64,000 nt of DNA from Halarcobacter sp. (GTDB taxonomy: Bacteria; Campylobacterota; Campylobacteria; Campylobacterales; Arcobacteraceae), in contig OY781089.1 of assembly GCA_963676565.1 (NCBI GenBank), positions 3,008,001 to 3,072,000 of the forward strand. The letters run 5' to 3'. The notes under the pieces were generated by a model. It searched no databases. It was not told the DNA's origin and was given only the letters and a program-made list of their open reading frames with translations. How positions within the stretch are numbered: position 1 is the first letter of the stretch; every line of letters starts with the position of its first letter. This document shows positions 42,714 to 51,530 of this stretch, piece after piece. The position numbers and the translations under genes are program-made.

Positions 42714-42734
42714 GCTCTATTCATAGAGCTTTTT
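42712..42734 (+). terminator. Terminator-like hairpin after rnhA
   Basis: AAGCTCTA-ttca-TAGAGCTT followed by T-run. Confidence 0.6.
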
Positions 42735-42861
42735 AGGTTTTATCAAAGAGATTAACAAGCACAGGCCTACTTTTAAGTGAATTTTACATTCACTGCTAAA
42801 AAGTAGTAAATATAATTTTTGGTCACTTCGAAAATGGACCATATTAAAGGGAGTAAAAAAG

Positions 42862-43533
42862 ATGGATGATTATTCAAAATTAGAAAAGTGTTTGGCTTAT
42901 CAGTTTAAAAATAAAGATCTGATAATCGAAGCACTTACGCATAAAAGTTATAAAAAACCTTATAACAATGAAAGACTTGAGTTTTTAGGGGATGCCGTTT
43001 TAAACTTAATTGTTGGGGAATACCTTTTTAAAAAATTTCCAAAATCAAATGAAGGTGATTTATCAAAAATAAGAGCTAGTTTAGTTAATGAAACAGGTTT
43101 TACAAAACTTGCAAATGATATTAAACTTGGGGATTATATTTATATTTCAAATGCCGAAGAGAGAAATAAAGGTAGAAGTAAAGCTTCAATTTTATCAGAT
43201 GCATTTGAAGCAATCATGGGTGCTATATATTTAGAATCTGGATTAGAAACACTAAAACCAATTATTTTAAACTTATTAGAAAATTCATATGATAAAATCA
43301 ATCTTGATGTTTTATTTAGTGATTACAAAACTGCTTTACAAGAGATAACACAAGCAGAGTTTGGTTCAATTCCAGAATATAAAATTGAAGGTTCTTATGG
43401 ACCTGATCATAAAAAAGAGTTTGAAGTATCAATCTGGATAGATGGTAAATCATATGGAAAAGCTATTGGTAAAAGTAAAAAACTTGCACAGCAAGCTGTT
43501 GCAAAAATAGCAATTGAAAAATTAAAGAAGTAA
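42862..43533 (+). CDS. rnc: Ribonuclease III
   Basis: [12 protein letters not shown] signature plus dsRBD. Confidence 0.97.
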   Translation: MDDYSKLEKCLAYQFKNKDLIIEALTHKSYKKPYNNERLEFLGDAVLNLIVGEYLFKKFPKSNEGDLSKIRASLVNETGFTKLANDIKLGDYIYISNAEERNKGRSKASILSDAFEAIMGAIYLESGLETLKPIILNLLENSYDKINLDVLFSDYKTALQEITQAEFGSIPEYKIEGSYGPDHKKEFEVSIWIDGKSYGKAIGKSKKLAQQAVAKIAIEKLKK

Positions 43534-43546
43534 GAGAAAAGTTATA

Positions 43547-44620
43547 ATGAATACGTTTGGACAAAAATTTAGATTTACAACATTTGGGGAGAGTCATGGT
43601 AAGGCTTTAGGTTGTGTTGTGGATGGTGTTCCAGCAGGAATTAAAATAGATGAATCTTTTATTCAAAAAGAAATGGATAGAAGAAAACCAGGACAAAATG
43701 CCTATGCAACATCAAGAAAAGAAGGTGACAAGGTTGAGATTTTAAGTGGTGTTTTTGAAGGCATTACAACAGGAACTCCAATCTCTATGGTAATTTTTAA
43801 TGAAAATCAAAAAAGTAAAGATTACTCAAATGTAAAAGATTTATTTAGACCTGGTCACGCAGATTTCACATATTTTCATAAATATGGAATTAGAGATTAC
43901 AGAGGTGGAGGGAGAAGTTCTGCAAGGGAAACAGCAGCAAGAGTTGCAGCTGGAGCTATTGCAAAACTAATGCTTGATGAAATTGGTGCACAAATTCAAA
44001 GTGGTATTTGTGAAGTTGATGGTATAAAAGGAAGTTCTTTTGATTTTGAATATGCTAAAACTTCTGAAATTTTTGCCTTAGATAAATCAAAAGAAGATTT
44101 TCAAAAGGAAGCTATCTTAAATGCAAAAAAAGAGCATAATTCAGTAGGTGGTGTTGCTCTAGTAAATGTAAAAAACTGCCCTATTGGTCTTGGTGAACCA
44201 CTTTATTATAAACTTGATTCACAAATTGCAAATGCAATGATGGGAATCAATGCAGTTAAAGGTGTAGAGATAGGTGATGGTATTGAATCTGTTTCACTAA
44301 AAGGACAAGATAATAATGATGAGATTAGAAGTTCAGGCTTTAAATCAAATCATAGTGGAGGTATGTTAGGTGGTATCTCAAATGGCGATGATATTAATGT
44401 TAAAATTTATTTTAAACCAACACCTTCTATTTTTATAAAACAAGAAACAGTAGATATCAATAATAATGAAGTTGAATGTGAACTAAAAGGTAGACATGAT
44501 CCTTGTGTTGCTGTAAGAGGAAGTGTTGTAGCTGAATCTATGATGGCTTTAGTTTTAGCAGATATGGCTTTATTAAATTTAAGTAGTAATATAAATAATA
44601 TCAAGAAAATTTATAATTAG
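43547..44620 (+). CDS. aroC: Chorismate synthase
   Basis: [29 protein letters not shown] motifs. Confidence 0.97.
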   Translation: MNTFGQKFRFTTFGESHGKALGCVVDGVPAGIKIDESFIQKEMDRRKPGQNAYATSRKEGDKVEILSGVFEGITTGTPISMVIFNENQKSKDYSNVKDLFRPGHADFTYFHKYGIRDYRGGGRSSARETAARVAAGAIAKLMLDEIGAQIQSGICEVDGIKGSSFDFEYAKTSEIFALDKSKEDFQKEAILNAKKEHNSVGGVALVNVKNCPIGLGEPLYYKLDSQIANAMMGINAVKGVEIGDGIESVSLKGQDNNDEIRSSGFKSNHSGGMLGGISNGDDINVKIYFKPTPSIFIKQETVDINNNEVECELKGRHDPCVAVRGSVVAESMMALVLADMALLNLSSNINNIKKIYN

Positions 44621-44680
44621 TTAAAGTAAATTTTTGTAATATTCATTTCTCCTTTACTTTGGTTAAGTTGAAAGGATGTG

Positions 44681-44707
44681 AGCGGAGTTTATCTCCGCTT
44701 TTTTTTT
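44681..44707 (+). terminator. Strong Rho-independent terminator
   Basis: AGCGGAG-tttat-CTCCGCT followed by a long T-run. Confidence 0.85.
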
Positions 44708-45044
44708 AACTCAATTTATGTAATTTGTCGTTTATAAAATCACTATATGTATCAAGTACTGTTTTTTTAGAATCTGTAAGGAAAACAGATACACCACTTT
44801 TTTTTAATTCAGATAAAGGTAACTCTTCATTTTCTGGAAGAATTAAAACTCCAAATCTCTCCTGTTTACATTCGTTTACAATTTCGAATGCTGTGTGGGG
44901 ATGTGGATTTTTTATAATCTGAACATCTGAAATATTCTGTCCATTTAAATCTAAAACTGTTAAATATTCCGATTCTTCAAAATTACTTTCAAGAACTGAT
45001 AGATAACTCATCTTTTGATTTGTAGGGAAGACTACTCTAAGCAT
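44706..45044 (-). CDS. NifB/NifX-like (FeMo-cofactor-binding fold) small protein
   Basis: 112 aa, V.FPT....S....F...Y, I..NP, L...G..V pattern; divergent from a DUF134 gene, a common pairing. Confidence 0.55.
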   Translation of the reverse strand: MLRVVFPTNQKMSYLSVLESNFEESEYLTVLDLNGQNISDVQIIKNPHPHTAFEIVNECKQERFGVLILPENEELPLSELKKSGVSVFLTDSKKTVLDTYSDFINDKLHKLS

Positions 45045-45327
45045 TTAAACTCCTTAGATTAGATTATTAAATTCAATGCATTTAAAAAAGAAATTGAAAC
45101 ATCAGTCGCTAGGACGTGTGAAAAAAAGTAATGACTAGGGAAAAGACAATTATGTATTTTTATCCTAACCAAACTGATGTTTGAAATATATTCTATTAAA
45201 GCTTATATTTATATACAATTTGTACAATATCGGGAACCATTTGGTTACCGTAGAGAGAAGATCACATATTTCATATTGTATAATTATATATTAAGTGATT
45301 ATTGTGTCAAACTAATAACTGCTTAAA

Positions 45328-45370
45328 TGAACATATGTCAGAATTGTATCAATTTTCTGAACATATGTCA
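45328..45370. promoter_or_regulatory. Tandem quasi-palindromic operators TGAACATATGTCA
   Basis: Exact 13-mer at 45328 and 45358, directly upstream of TATAAT (45373-45378). Confidence 0.6.
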
Positions 45371-45426
45371 AGTATAATTCAACTAATTTGTGTTAAAATT
45401 TTAATATATCAATTTTAAGGTTGTAA

Positions 45427-46017
45427 ATGGCAAGAGAAAAACTTGAAAGAAAGTTAGAATTAAAGCCGGTATCTAAGTACTTTGGACCTAAAGATATCCA
45501 AGCTAAACAAGATGTAATTTTATTACATGAAGAGCTTGAAGCGATTCATCTAATGGATTCATTCTGTATGTATCAAGAAGATGCAGCAAAGAAAATGAAT
45601 GTATCAAGGGCTACATTTGCAAGAATTATAAAAAGTGCTAGAAAAAAAATCTCTTTAGCTTTAATTACAGGTAGTAATATAAAAGTTCATGAGATTAAAA
45701 ACGAATTTCATGTTGCAATTTGTTCAAATAGTAATACGAAACTTGAATATTCAAATGCGGATGCGAAGTATATTTGGATCTATTTTATTAAAGATTACAA
45801 ATTAAAGTCTTCAAACTGTATTACGAATCCTGTATATGGGAATAAAGAAGAAGCACCATGTAATATTCTTCCAGATGTGTTGTATGACTATGCTACTAAC
45901 TATTTTATGCTACAAGATATTGATTATGATTTAAAAATCTCTTTGATAGCTAAAGGTATTTATCCAATTTTACAAGAAGATATTACTGAAGATAAGATAG
46001 TAGACTTATTCCAATAA
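45427..46017 (+). CDS. DUF134-family HTH protein fused to a NifB/NifX-like domain
   Basis: EELEAI.L.D....QEDAA..M.VSR.TF.RI...AR.K...AL..G pattern; C-terminal ..NP.. domain. Confidence 0.8.
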   Translation: MAREKLERKLELKPVSKYFGPKDIQAKQDVILLHEELEAIHLMDSFCMYQEDAAKKMNVSRATFARIIKSARKKISLALITGSNIKVHEIKNEFHVAICSNSNTKLEYSNADAKYIWIYFIKDYKLKSSNCITNPVYGNKEEAPCNILPDVLYDYATNYFMLQDIDYDLKISLIAKGIYPILQEDITEDKIVDLFQ

Positions 46018-46045
46018 TAAACAATCAGTTAATACTGATTGTTTA
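46018..46045. terminator. Bidirectional terminator between convergent genes
   Basis: TAAACAATCAGT-taat-ACTGATTGTTTA perfect stem. Confidence 0.7.
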
Positions 46046-46894
46046 TCCTAACTCATGCTTTAATTCTTCCAATCTAGCAATTCTATCTTCAGTTGTTGGA
46101 TGAGTTCTAAAAAGATTTCCAAAAGATGATTTCATTCCTGAAAATGGATTAATTATAAACATATGAGCAGTTTGTTCTGTGGCATTATGTATTTGATGCC
46201 CCCGTCTTGCATAATTTTCAAGTTTTGACAAAGCACTTTGTAATCCCGCTGGATTTCCTGTTAATCTTGCAGCTCCTTCATCAGCCATGAATTCCCTACT
46301 TCTACTAACACTCATTTGAATTATAGATGCAGCTAGAGGTAAAATAATAGCCATAATAATCATAACAATAGGATTTCCACCTTGTCTATTATTTCCCCCA
46401 AACATTGCACCAAACTGTAAAATATTAGCAAGCATAGCAATTGCACCAGCAAAAACTGCTGCTATTGTACCAATTAAAATATCATAATGTTTTACATGGG
46501 AAAGTTCATGGGCAATAACCCCTTCTAGCTCTTTTTCATTTAACATTTCATATAACCCCATAGTAACTGCAACGGCTGCATTTTCATGGTTTCTTCCTGT
46601 TGCAAAAGCATTTGGAGTATGGTCTGGTATTAAATAAACCTTTGGCATAGGAAGTCCTGCTTTTTGAACCAACCTAAATGTTATTTGATAAATTGGATGT
46701 CTTGTATCTTCAATTGGGGTTGCATTATATTGTTTTAATACATGTTTATCTGAATAGTAATATGCATAAAAATTCATACCTCCTGCAATTAAAAATGCTA
46801 TTAACATACCATTAGTTCCACCGACATAAAAACCAACAAAGACAAATAAAACTGAAAGTAATGCTAATAAAAAAACTGTTTTTACTTGTTCCAT
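46043..46894 (-). CDS. htpX: Zinc metalloprotease HtpX
   Basis: [24 protein letters not shown]...RI motifs. Confidence 0.95.
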   Translation of the reverse strand: MEQVKTVFLLALLSVLFVFVGFYVGGTNGMLIAFLIAGGMNFYAYYYSDKHVLKQYNATPIEDTRHPIYQITFRLVQKAGLPMPKVYLIPDHTPNAFATGRNHENAAVAVTMGLYEMLNEKELEGVIAHELSHVKHYDILIGTIAAVFAGAIAMLANILQFGAMFGGNNRQGGNPIVMIIMAIILPLAASIIQMSVSRSREFMADEGAARLTGNPAGLQSALSKLENYARRGHQIHNATEQTAHMFIINPFSGMKSSFGNLFRTHPTTEDRIARLEELKHELG

Positions 46895-46996
46895 AAGTCT
46901 CCTTTATTTTAAAATTTTAAAAATTCTATCACAATAAAGTTAATAAAATTTTAATAAACTAGTTATAATAATTATAGCAAAGGATAAAAAAATATA

Positions 46997-47497
46997 ATGA
47001 AAAAGTTATTTATAATTAGACATGCAAAATCTGATTGGTCAAACCCTTCATTAGATGATTACGATAGACCTTTAAGTAAAAGAGGTAAAAAGAATGCCCC
47101 ATTTATGGGTAAAATCATTGCAAAAAAAGATATTATCCCAGATTTAATTATCTCAAGTCCTGCTTATAGAGCAAGGGAAACCGCTAAAATAATTGCTGAA
47201 AAAGTTTCATACCAAGAAGAGATAATATACAATGAGTATATCTACGAAGCATCTTTAAAAAGCCTTTTAGAAATTGTTAATTTTATTGAAGATGAATATG
47301 ATGATGTATTTATATTTGGCCATAACCCTGGATTAAATATGTTGGCTTTTTATTTAGTTGACTTCAATGAAAACTTACCCACTTGTGCTGTATTAGAAAT
47401 TGAATTTGATTGTGAGAGTTGGAGAGAAGCTACAAAATCAAATGCTAAACTAATTTCATATGAATACCCAAAGAAATTTAAACAATTAGAAAAATAA
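46997..47497 (+). CDS. SixA-like histidine phosphatase
   Basis: RHAKS, DRPL..RG, SSPA.RA.ETA, GHNP motifs. Confidence 0.88.
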   Translation: MKKLFIIRHAKSDWSNPSLDDYDRPLSKRGKKNAPFMGKIIAKKDIIPDLIISSPAYRARETAKIIAEKVSYQEEIIYNEYIYEASLKSLLEIVNFIEDEYDDVFIFGHNPGLNMLAFYLVDFNENLPTCAVLEIEFDCESWREATKSNAKLISYEYPKKFKQLEK

Positions 47498-47570
47498 TAG
47501 TTTATTTTTATCAATTTTCAAGTTAAAACCCTTTAAAATTTAAATAATAATTTTTTTTAGAATGGATATT

Positions 47571-48047
47571 ATGAAAACATTATATATTTTAAGACATGCA
47601 CAAAAGGATGAATCAAATCCAGACCAATATGATTATGATGTAGAACTTACACCAAAAGGTGAGGAGGACTCTAAAAAAATTGGTCAAAAATTAAAAGAAA
47701 AAAAAATTTGTCCTGATTTAATTGTATCAAGTCCAGCTATAAGAGCAAGAACTACAGCTGAAATTGTAGCAAAGGAGATTGAGTATCCAAGAAGTGTAAT
47801 GTACAATGAAACAATCTATCAAGCTTTTTTAAATGAAATCATTGAATCAATTACATATACATATGATACTGTTGATACTTTAATGGTTGTGGGACATAAT
47901 CCATCACTCACTGCCCTTGCAATAAGTTTTACAGGATATAAAGAAGAGTTAAAGATGGCAAATGCAATTAGAATAGATTTTGATTGTTCTTCATGGACTT
48001 CAATTGATAAAACCAATGCACATTTTGTAGAGCTAATAGAAATTTAG
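47571..48047 (+). CDS. SixA-like histidine phosphatase (tandem paralog)
   Basis: RHAQK, SSPA.RA..TA, GHNP; start placed at MKTLYILRHA by alignment to the upstream paralog. Confidence 0.85.
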   Translation: MKTLYILRHAQKDESNPDQYDYDVELTPKGEEDSKKIGQKLKEKKICPDLIVSSPAIRARTTAEIVAKEIEYPRSVMYNETIYQAFLNEIIESITYTYDTVDTLMVVGHNPSLTALAISFTGYKEELKMANAIRIDFDCSSWTSIDKTNAHFVELIEI

Positions 48048-48049
48048 CT

Positions 48050-49279
48050 CTATTTTAAAAGTTTTCCAGCTAAATTTCCACTAGCAAAAGACCATTGAAG
48101 ATTATAACCACCGCAAGGTCCATCTAAATCCATAACTTCTCCACAAAAATAAAGCCCTTCAATAATTTTACTTTGCATTGTTTTTGGATTTATCTCTTTT
48201 AAGGTAACTCCACCTCTTGTAATCATAGCCTTTTCAAAGCCAACATGATCAATGACTGTTAAAGGAGTATTTACTAATATCTTTACAAGCTTTTCTCTTA
48301 TTTGTCCATTTAAATCTTTAAACTTTTTTGTTAAATCTGCTTCAACTAATAAACATAACTCTTTTACAACAGAATTTGGTAATAAAAGATTTAATACATC
48401 CTCAACATTTTTCTCAGGGTGAGTTTTAATATGTTTAAAAACATCTTCTTCATTCATCCCTTTAATCATATTGATTAATAAAGGAACCTCACCATATTTT
48501 TCTAAAAAAGGTGTAATCTCTCTAGAAAAATCAAGTACAACTGGACCTCTAATTCCTTTTGGAGTAAAGATTAAATCCCCAATCGCTTTTAGATTTTTTG
48601 CTTTTTTTAAATCAATTCTTACAATTGCTTTTGCTATTGTATCAGCCTTACACTTTGCTACCCACTTTTCTTTTGTAATAAGTGGAAGCATTGCTGGATA
48701 AAGTTCTGTGATTTTGTGTCCCAATGATTTAGCAAAATCAAAACCATCTCCATTTGCACCAAGCATAGAAAAACCTAAACCACCAGTTGCAACAATAACA
48801 TTTGGTGCAAAAAAGTCTTCAGTAGTAGTTTTTACACCTTTTATTGTTTCATTTTCACAAATTAAATCTTCAACCTTAGTATTGTTTTTAACTTCTACCT
48901 TTTGATTATAAAGCTCTTCTTCTAGTGCTTTTATGATGGTTCCAGAATTATGACTAATTGGGAAAACCCTAAAACCATCAGGAATATGGGTTTCAACTCC
49001 AATATTATTTAAAAAAAATATTAAATCTTGATAATTGAAGTCATTTAAAGCATCTTGCATAAATCTTCCATTTTTACCAAATCTATTCATAAATTCTTCA
49101 TTTGAAAGTGTATTTGTAAGATTACATTTACCACCACCAGTGGCTTTTAATTTTGGTCCCAATTTTCCCTGCTGTTCACAAAGAAGTACATTTTTGCCAT
49201 CCCTTGCAGCAACAATTGCACTAATCATTCCTGCAGCACCTGAACCTATTACTATTAAATCATATTGCTCATTTTTCAT
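48050..49279 (-). CDS. HI0933/YhiN-family flavoprotein
   Basis: GSGAAG, TGGGKCN.TN, ATGG, T.GGV, GE..D..G..GGYNLQ motifs. Confidence 0.92.
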   Translation of the reverse strand: MKNEQYDLIVIGSGAAGMISAIVAARDGKNVLLCEQQGKLGPKLKATGGGKCNLTNTLSNEEFMNRFGKNGRFMQDALNDFNYQDLIFFLNNIGVETHIPDGFRVFPISHNSGTIIKALEEELYNQKVEVKNNTKVEDLICENETIKGVKTTTEDFFAPNVIVATGGLGFSMLGANGDGFDFAKSLGHKITELYPAMLPLITKEKWVAKCKADTIAKAIVRIDLKKAKNLKAIGDLIFTPKGIRGPVVLDFSREITPFLEKYGEVPLLINMIKGMNEEDVFKHIKTHPEKNVEDVLNLLLPNSVVKELCLLVEADLTKKFKDLNGQIREKLVKILVNTPLTVIDHVGFEKAMITRGGVTLKEINPKTMQSKIIEGLYFCGEVMDLDGPCGGYNLQWSFASGNLAGKLLK

Positions 49280-49386
49280 CTTGACATAATATCAAAAAGC
49301 TATTAACAACTAGTTTTATAGTTTAAAAATATTTTTATACAATTAGTTATACAATTCTTAATTATAGTTTAATTAAAGGATTCATT

Positions 49387-50259
49387 ATGACACTTGCTGC
49401 AATTAACACCTATACTCAATACCAAAGAACAGAACTTTCATATGAAGCTAAAATATCCGCTGTAGAAAATGAAGAACTTGAAAATAAAGATTTTGACAAT
49501 GAAGAAGTTAGCAATTATAATCTTCCAATAATTTATGCAAATGAAAATGATTTGACAAATGCTGAGTATTTTCAAAAAAATATTTTACAAAGTATAATAG
49601 GTCGTTTTAATCAAAACCAGGAAGATTATTCTTTATTTCCAAATGGTAATTATTCTTCAAATACATCTAACTCACCATATGAAAACAATATACCTGCTTC
49701 TTTTTATTATGCAGGTCAAAGTGAGTATTATGAAAAGATATCTTTTGAATTTGATGCAAGTGCTACAATCAAAACTCCAGAAGGAGAATACAATATTGAA
49801 TTAAAATTTTCTTTTACTCAAGAGTATTATGAAAAAAATGAAACCCAAATAGCAATAGTTCAAGATGAATTTAAAAATCCATTTGAGATTAATCTTGAGA
49901 AAGATGATAAGTCATTAGAAAATATAAAACAACTAAATTTCATCTTTGCCTCATATAAAGAGGGGAAAAGTGAAAAAGTTGATATATTTGAACAACTAAA
50001 AGAGCTTCTAAGCCAAAGAGATAAAATGATTTTAGAAAAAAATACTTTAGATAATTTTGAAATCTGGCAAAGAAATTCAAAAAATGAGATAAATATAGTT
50101 GCAGCGCAAAAAGATGGCATTGGAGTATTTTTAGCAAATTCTTCTAGTCAATCTAGCCAAATGAGTTTGAAAGCAAATGAAAATGGATACAGTTTTCAAG
50201 CAAGTTATTCAAATCGAAGTAGCCAATATATGGAGTTTACAAAGGATTTAAAAGCCTAA
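49387..50259 (+). CDS. Hypothetical acidic protein, paralog of downstream gene
   Basis: 290-aa ORF with AAGGA SD; shares motif blocks with 50348..51358. Confidence 0.7.
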   Translation: MTLAAINTYTQYQRTELSYEAKISAVENEELENKDFDNEEVSNYNLPIIYANENDLTNAEYFQKNILQSIIGRFNQNQEDYSLFPNGNYSSNTSNSPYENNIPASFYYAGQSEYYEKISFEFDASATIKTPEGEYNIELKFSFTQEYYEKNETQIAIVQDEFKNPFEINLEKDDKSLENIKQLNFIFASYKEGKSEKVDIFEQLKELLSQRDKMILEKNTLDNFEIWQRNSKNEINIVAAQKDGIGVFLANSSSQSSQMSLKANENGYSFQASYSNRSSQYMEFTKDLKA

Positions 50260-50347
50260 GACTCATACAAAAAATAATCTTTTTTATTAAATTTTAATTT
50301 ATATTATATGTAATACAATATAACTTAATCATTAAAAGGAGTTTGCT

Positions 50348-51358
50348 ATGAAAATTGAATCATCTGAAATTATCATGGGTGCAAGAACAAGTTTTAACTT
50401 TGAAATGAAATCATCAACAGAGTTTTCAAGCCAAATCATAAATCAAACTGTAGATATAAAAGATTTAGAAGTAAAACAAGATTTTGTAAAAGTTCAAACC
50501 ACTGAACTTGAAAAAATTTTAGTTTCAAATGAAAATCAATTAAGTCATTTAGATAAATTGAAAAAAATGCTTATAGAACTACTTTTAGGTAAATTCACAA
50601 CGAAAGAAGATTTTACTATTAAACCTACAAAAGAGGACTTAAATAGTGTCCCAATAGCTCTAGTTCAAACAAGAGAAACAAACTTTAAACTTACAAAAGA
50701 GTATTATCAAGAAAGTAATATAGAGTTTAATTCAAAAGCTTTAGTAAAGACAAATAGAGGTGAAATTCATATTGATTTAGATCTTTCCTTTTCACAAAAA
50801 TTTGCTGAAGTACATAAGTCTTCATTTACTACGAAAGAAACTATTTTTATGGATCCTTTAATTATAAATTATGATGGCAATCTAACATCATATGATAATA
50901 TAAGTCCAAAAATGAGATTTGAATTTGATTTAAATAGTAATGGAGAAAATGAATTAATACCTGAACTTAAAAAGGGAGCAGGATTTTTAGCACTTGATAA
51001 AGATGATAATGGGAAAATTGATAATGGAAATGAACTGTTTGGTGCAAATAGTGGTGATGGGTTTAGAGAATTAAGCCAATATGATGAAGATGGAAACTCT
51101 TGGATAGATGAAAATGATTCTGTATTTAATGATCTATTAGTTTGGGAAAGAAATGAAGAAGGAGAAGATTCTCTTATAACACTAGGTCAAGCAGGAATTG
51201 GAGCTATATACTTAGCTGCAACAGATTCCGCATACACATACGCAAGTGGGATTAATGAAAACTATGCCCAATTAAAACAATCTAGTTTTTATCTAAAAGA
51301 AGATGGACAAGCTGGGCTTATTACTAGTGTTGATTTTGCAACAGAACAAGTTGTCTAA
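50348..51358 (+). CDS. Hypothetical protein with DxDxDG-type calcium-binding loops
   Basis: DPLIIN, FDLNSNG, LALDKDDNGKIDNGNELFG, YDEDGNSWIDEND; AAGGAG SD. Confidence 0.75.
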   Translation: MKIESSEIIMGARTSFNFEMKSSTEFSSQIINQTVDIKDLEVKQDFVKVQTTELEKILVSNENQLSHLDKLKKMLIELLLGKFTTKEDFTIKPTKEDLNSVPIALVQTRETNFKLTKEYYQESNIEFNSKALVKTNRGEIHIDLDLSFSQKFAEVHKSSFTTKETIFMDPLIINYDGNLTSYDNISPKMRFEFDLNSNGENELIPELKKGAGFLALDKDDNGKIDNGNELFGANSGDGFRELSQYDEDGNSWIDENDSVFNDLLVWERNEEGEDSLITLGQAGIGAIYLAATDSAYTYASGINENYAQLKQSSFYLKEDGQAGLITSVDFATEQVV

Positions 51359-51426
51359 TAAAATAGAGGGAAATAGAAATATTTAAATAGAGATATTTAT
51401 TTTTGTTAATATCAAAGTAAAAATGA

Positions 51427-51530
51427 TTTTTTCAAAAAAATTCAAGGCCAGAGTAAAAATATAAGTAGGAGCATACTGTAGTATGTGACTTTCTATATTT
51501 TTATGACAACGCAGAATTTTAAAGAAAAAA
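51427..51530. repeat. About 100-bp nested palindromic element (MITE/RPE-like)
   Basis: Nested arms AAAATTC/GAATTTT, AAAAATATA/TATATTTTT, CATACT/AGTATG, with CAAGGC and ACAACGCAG flanks. Confidence 0.45.
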
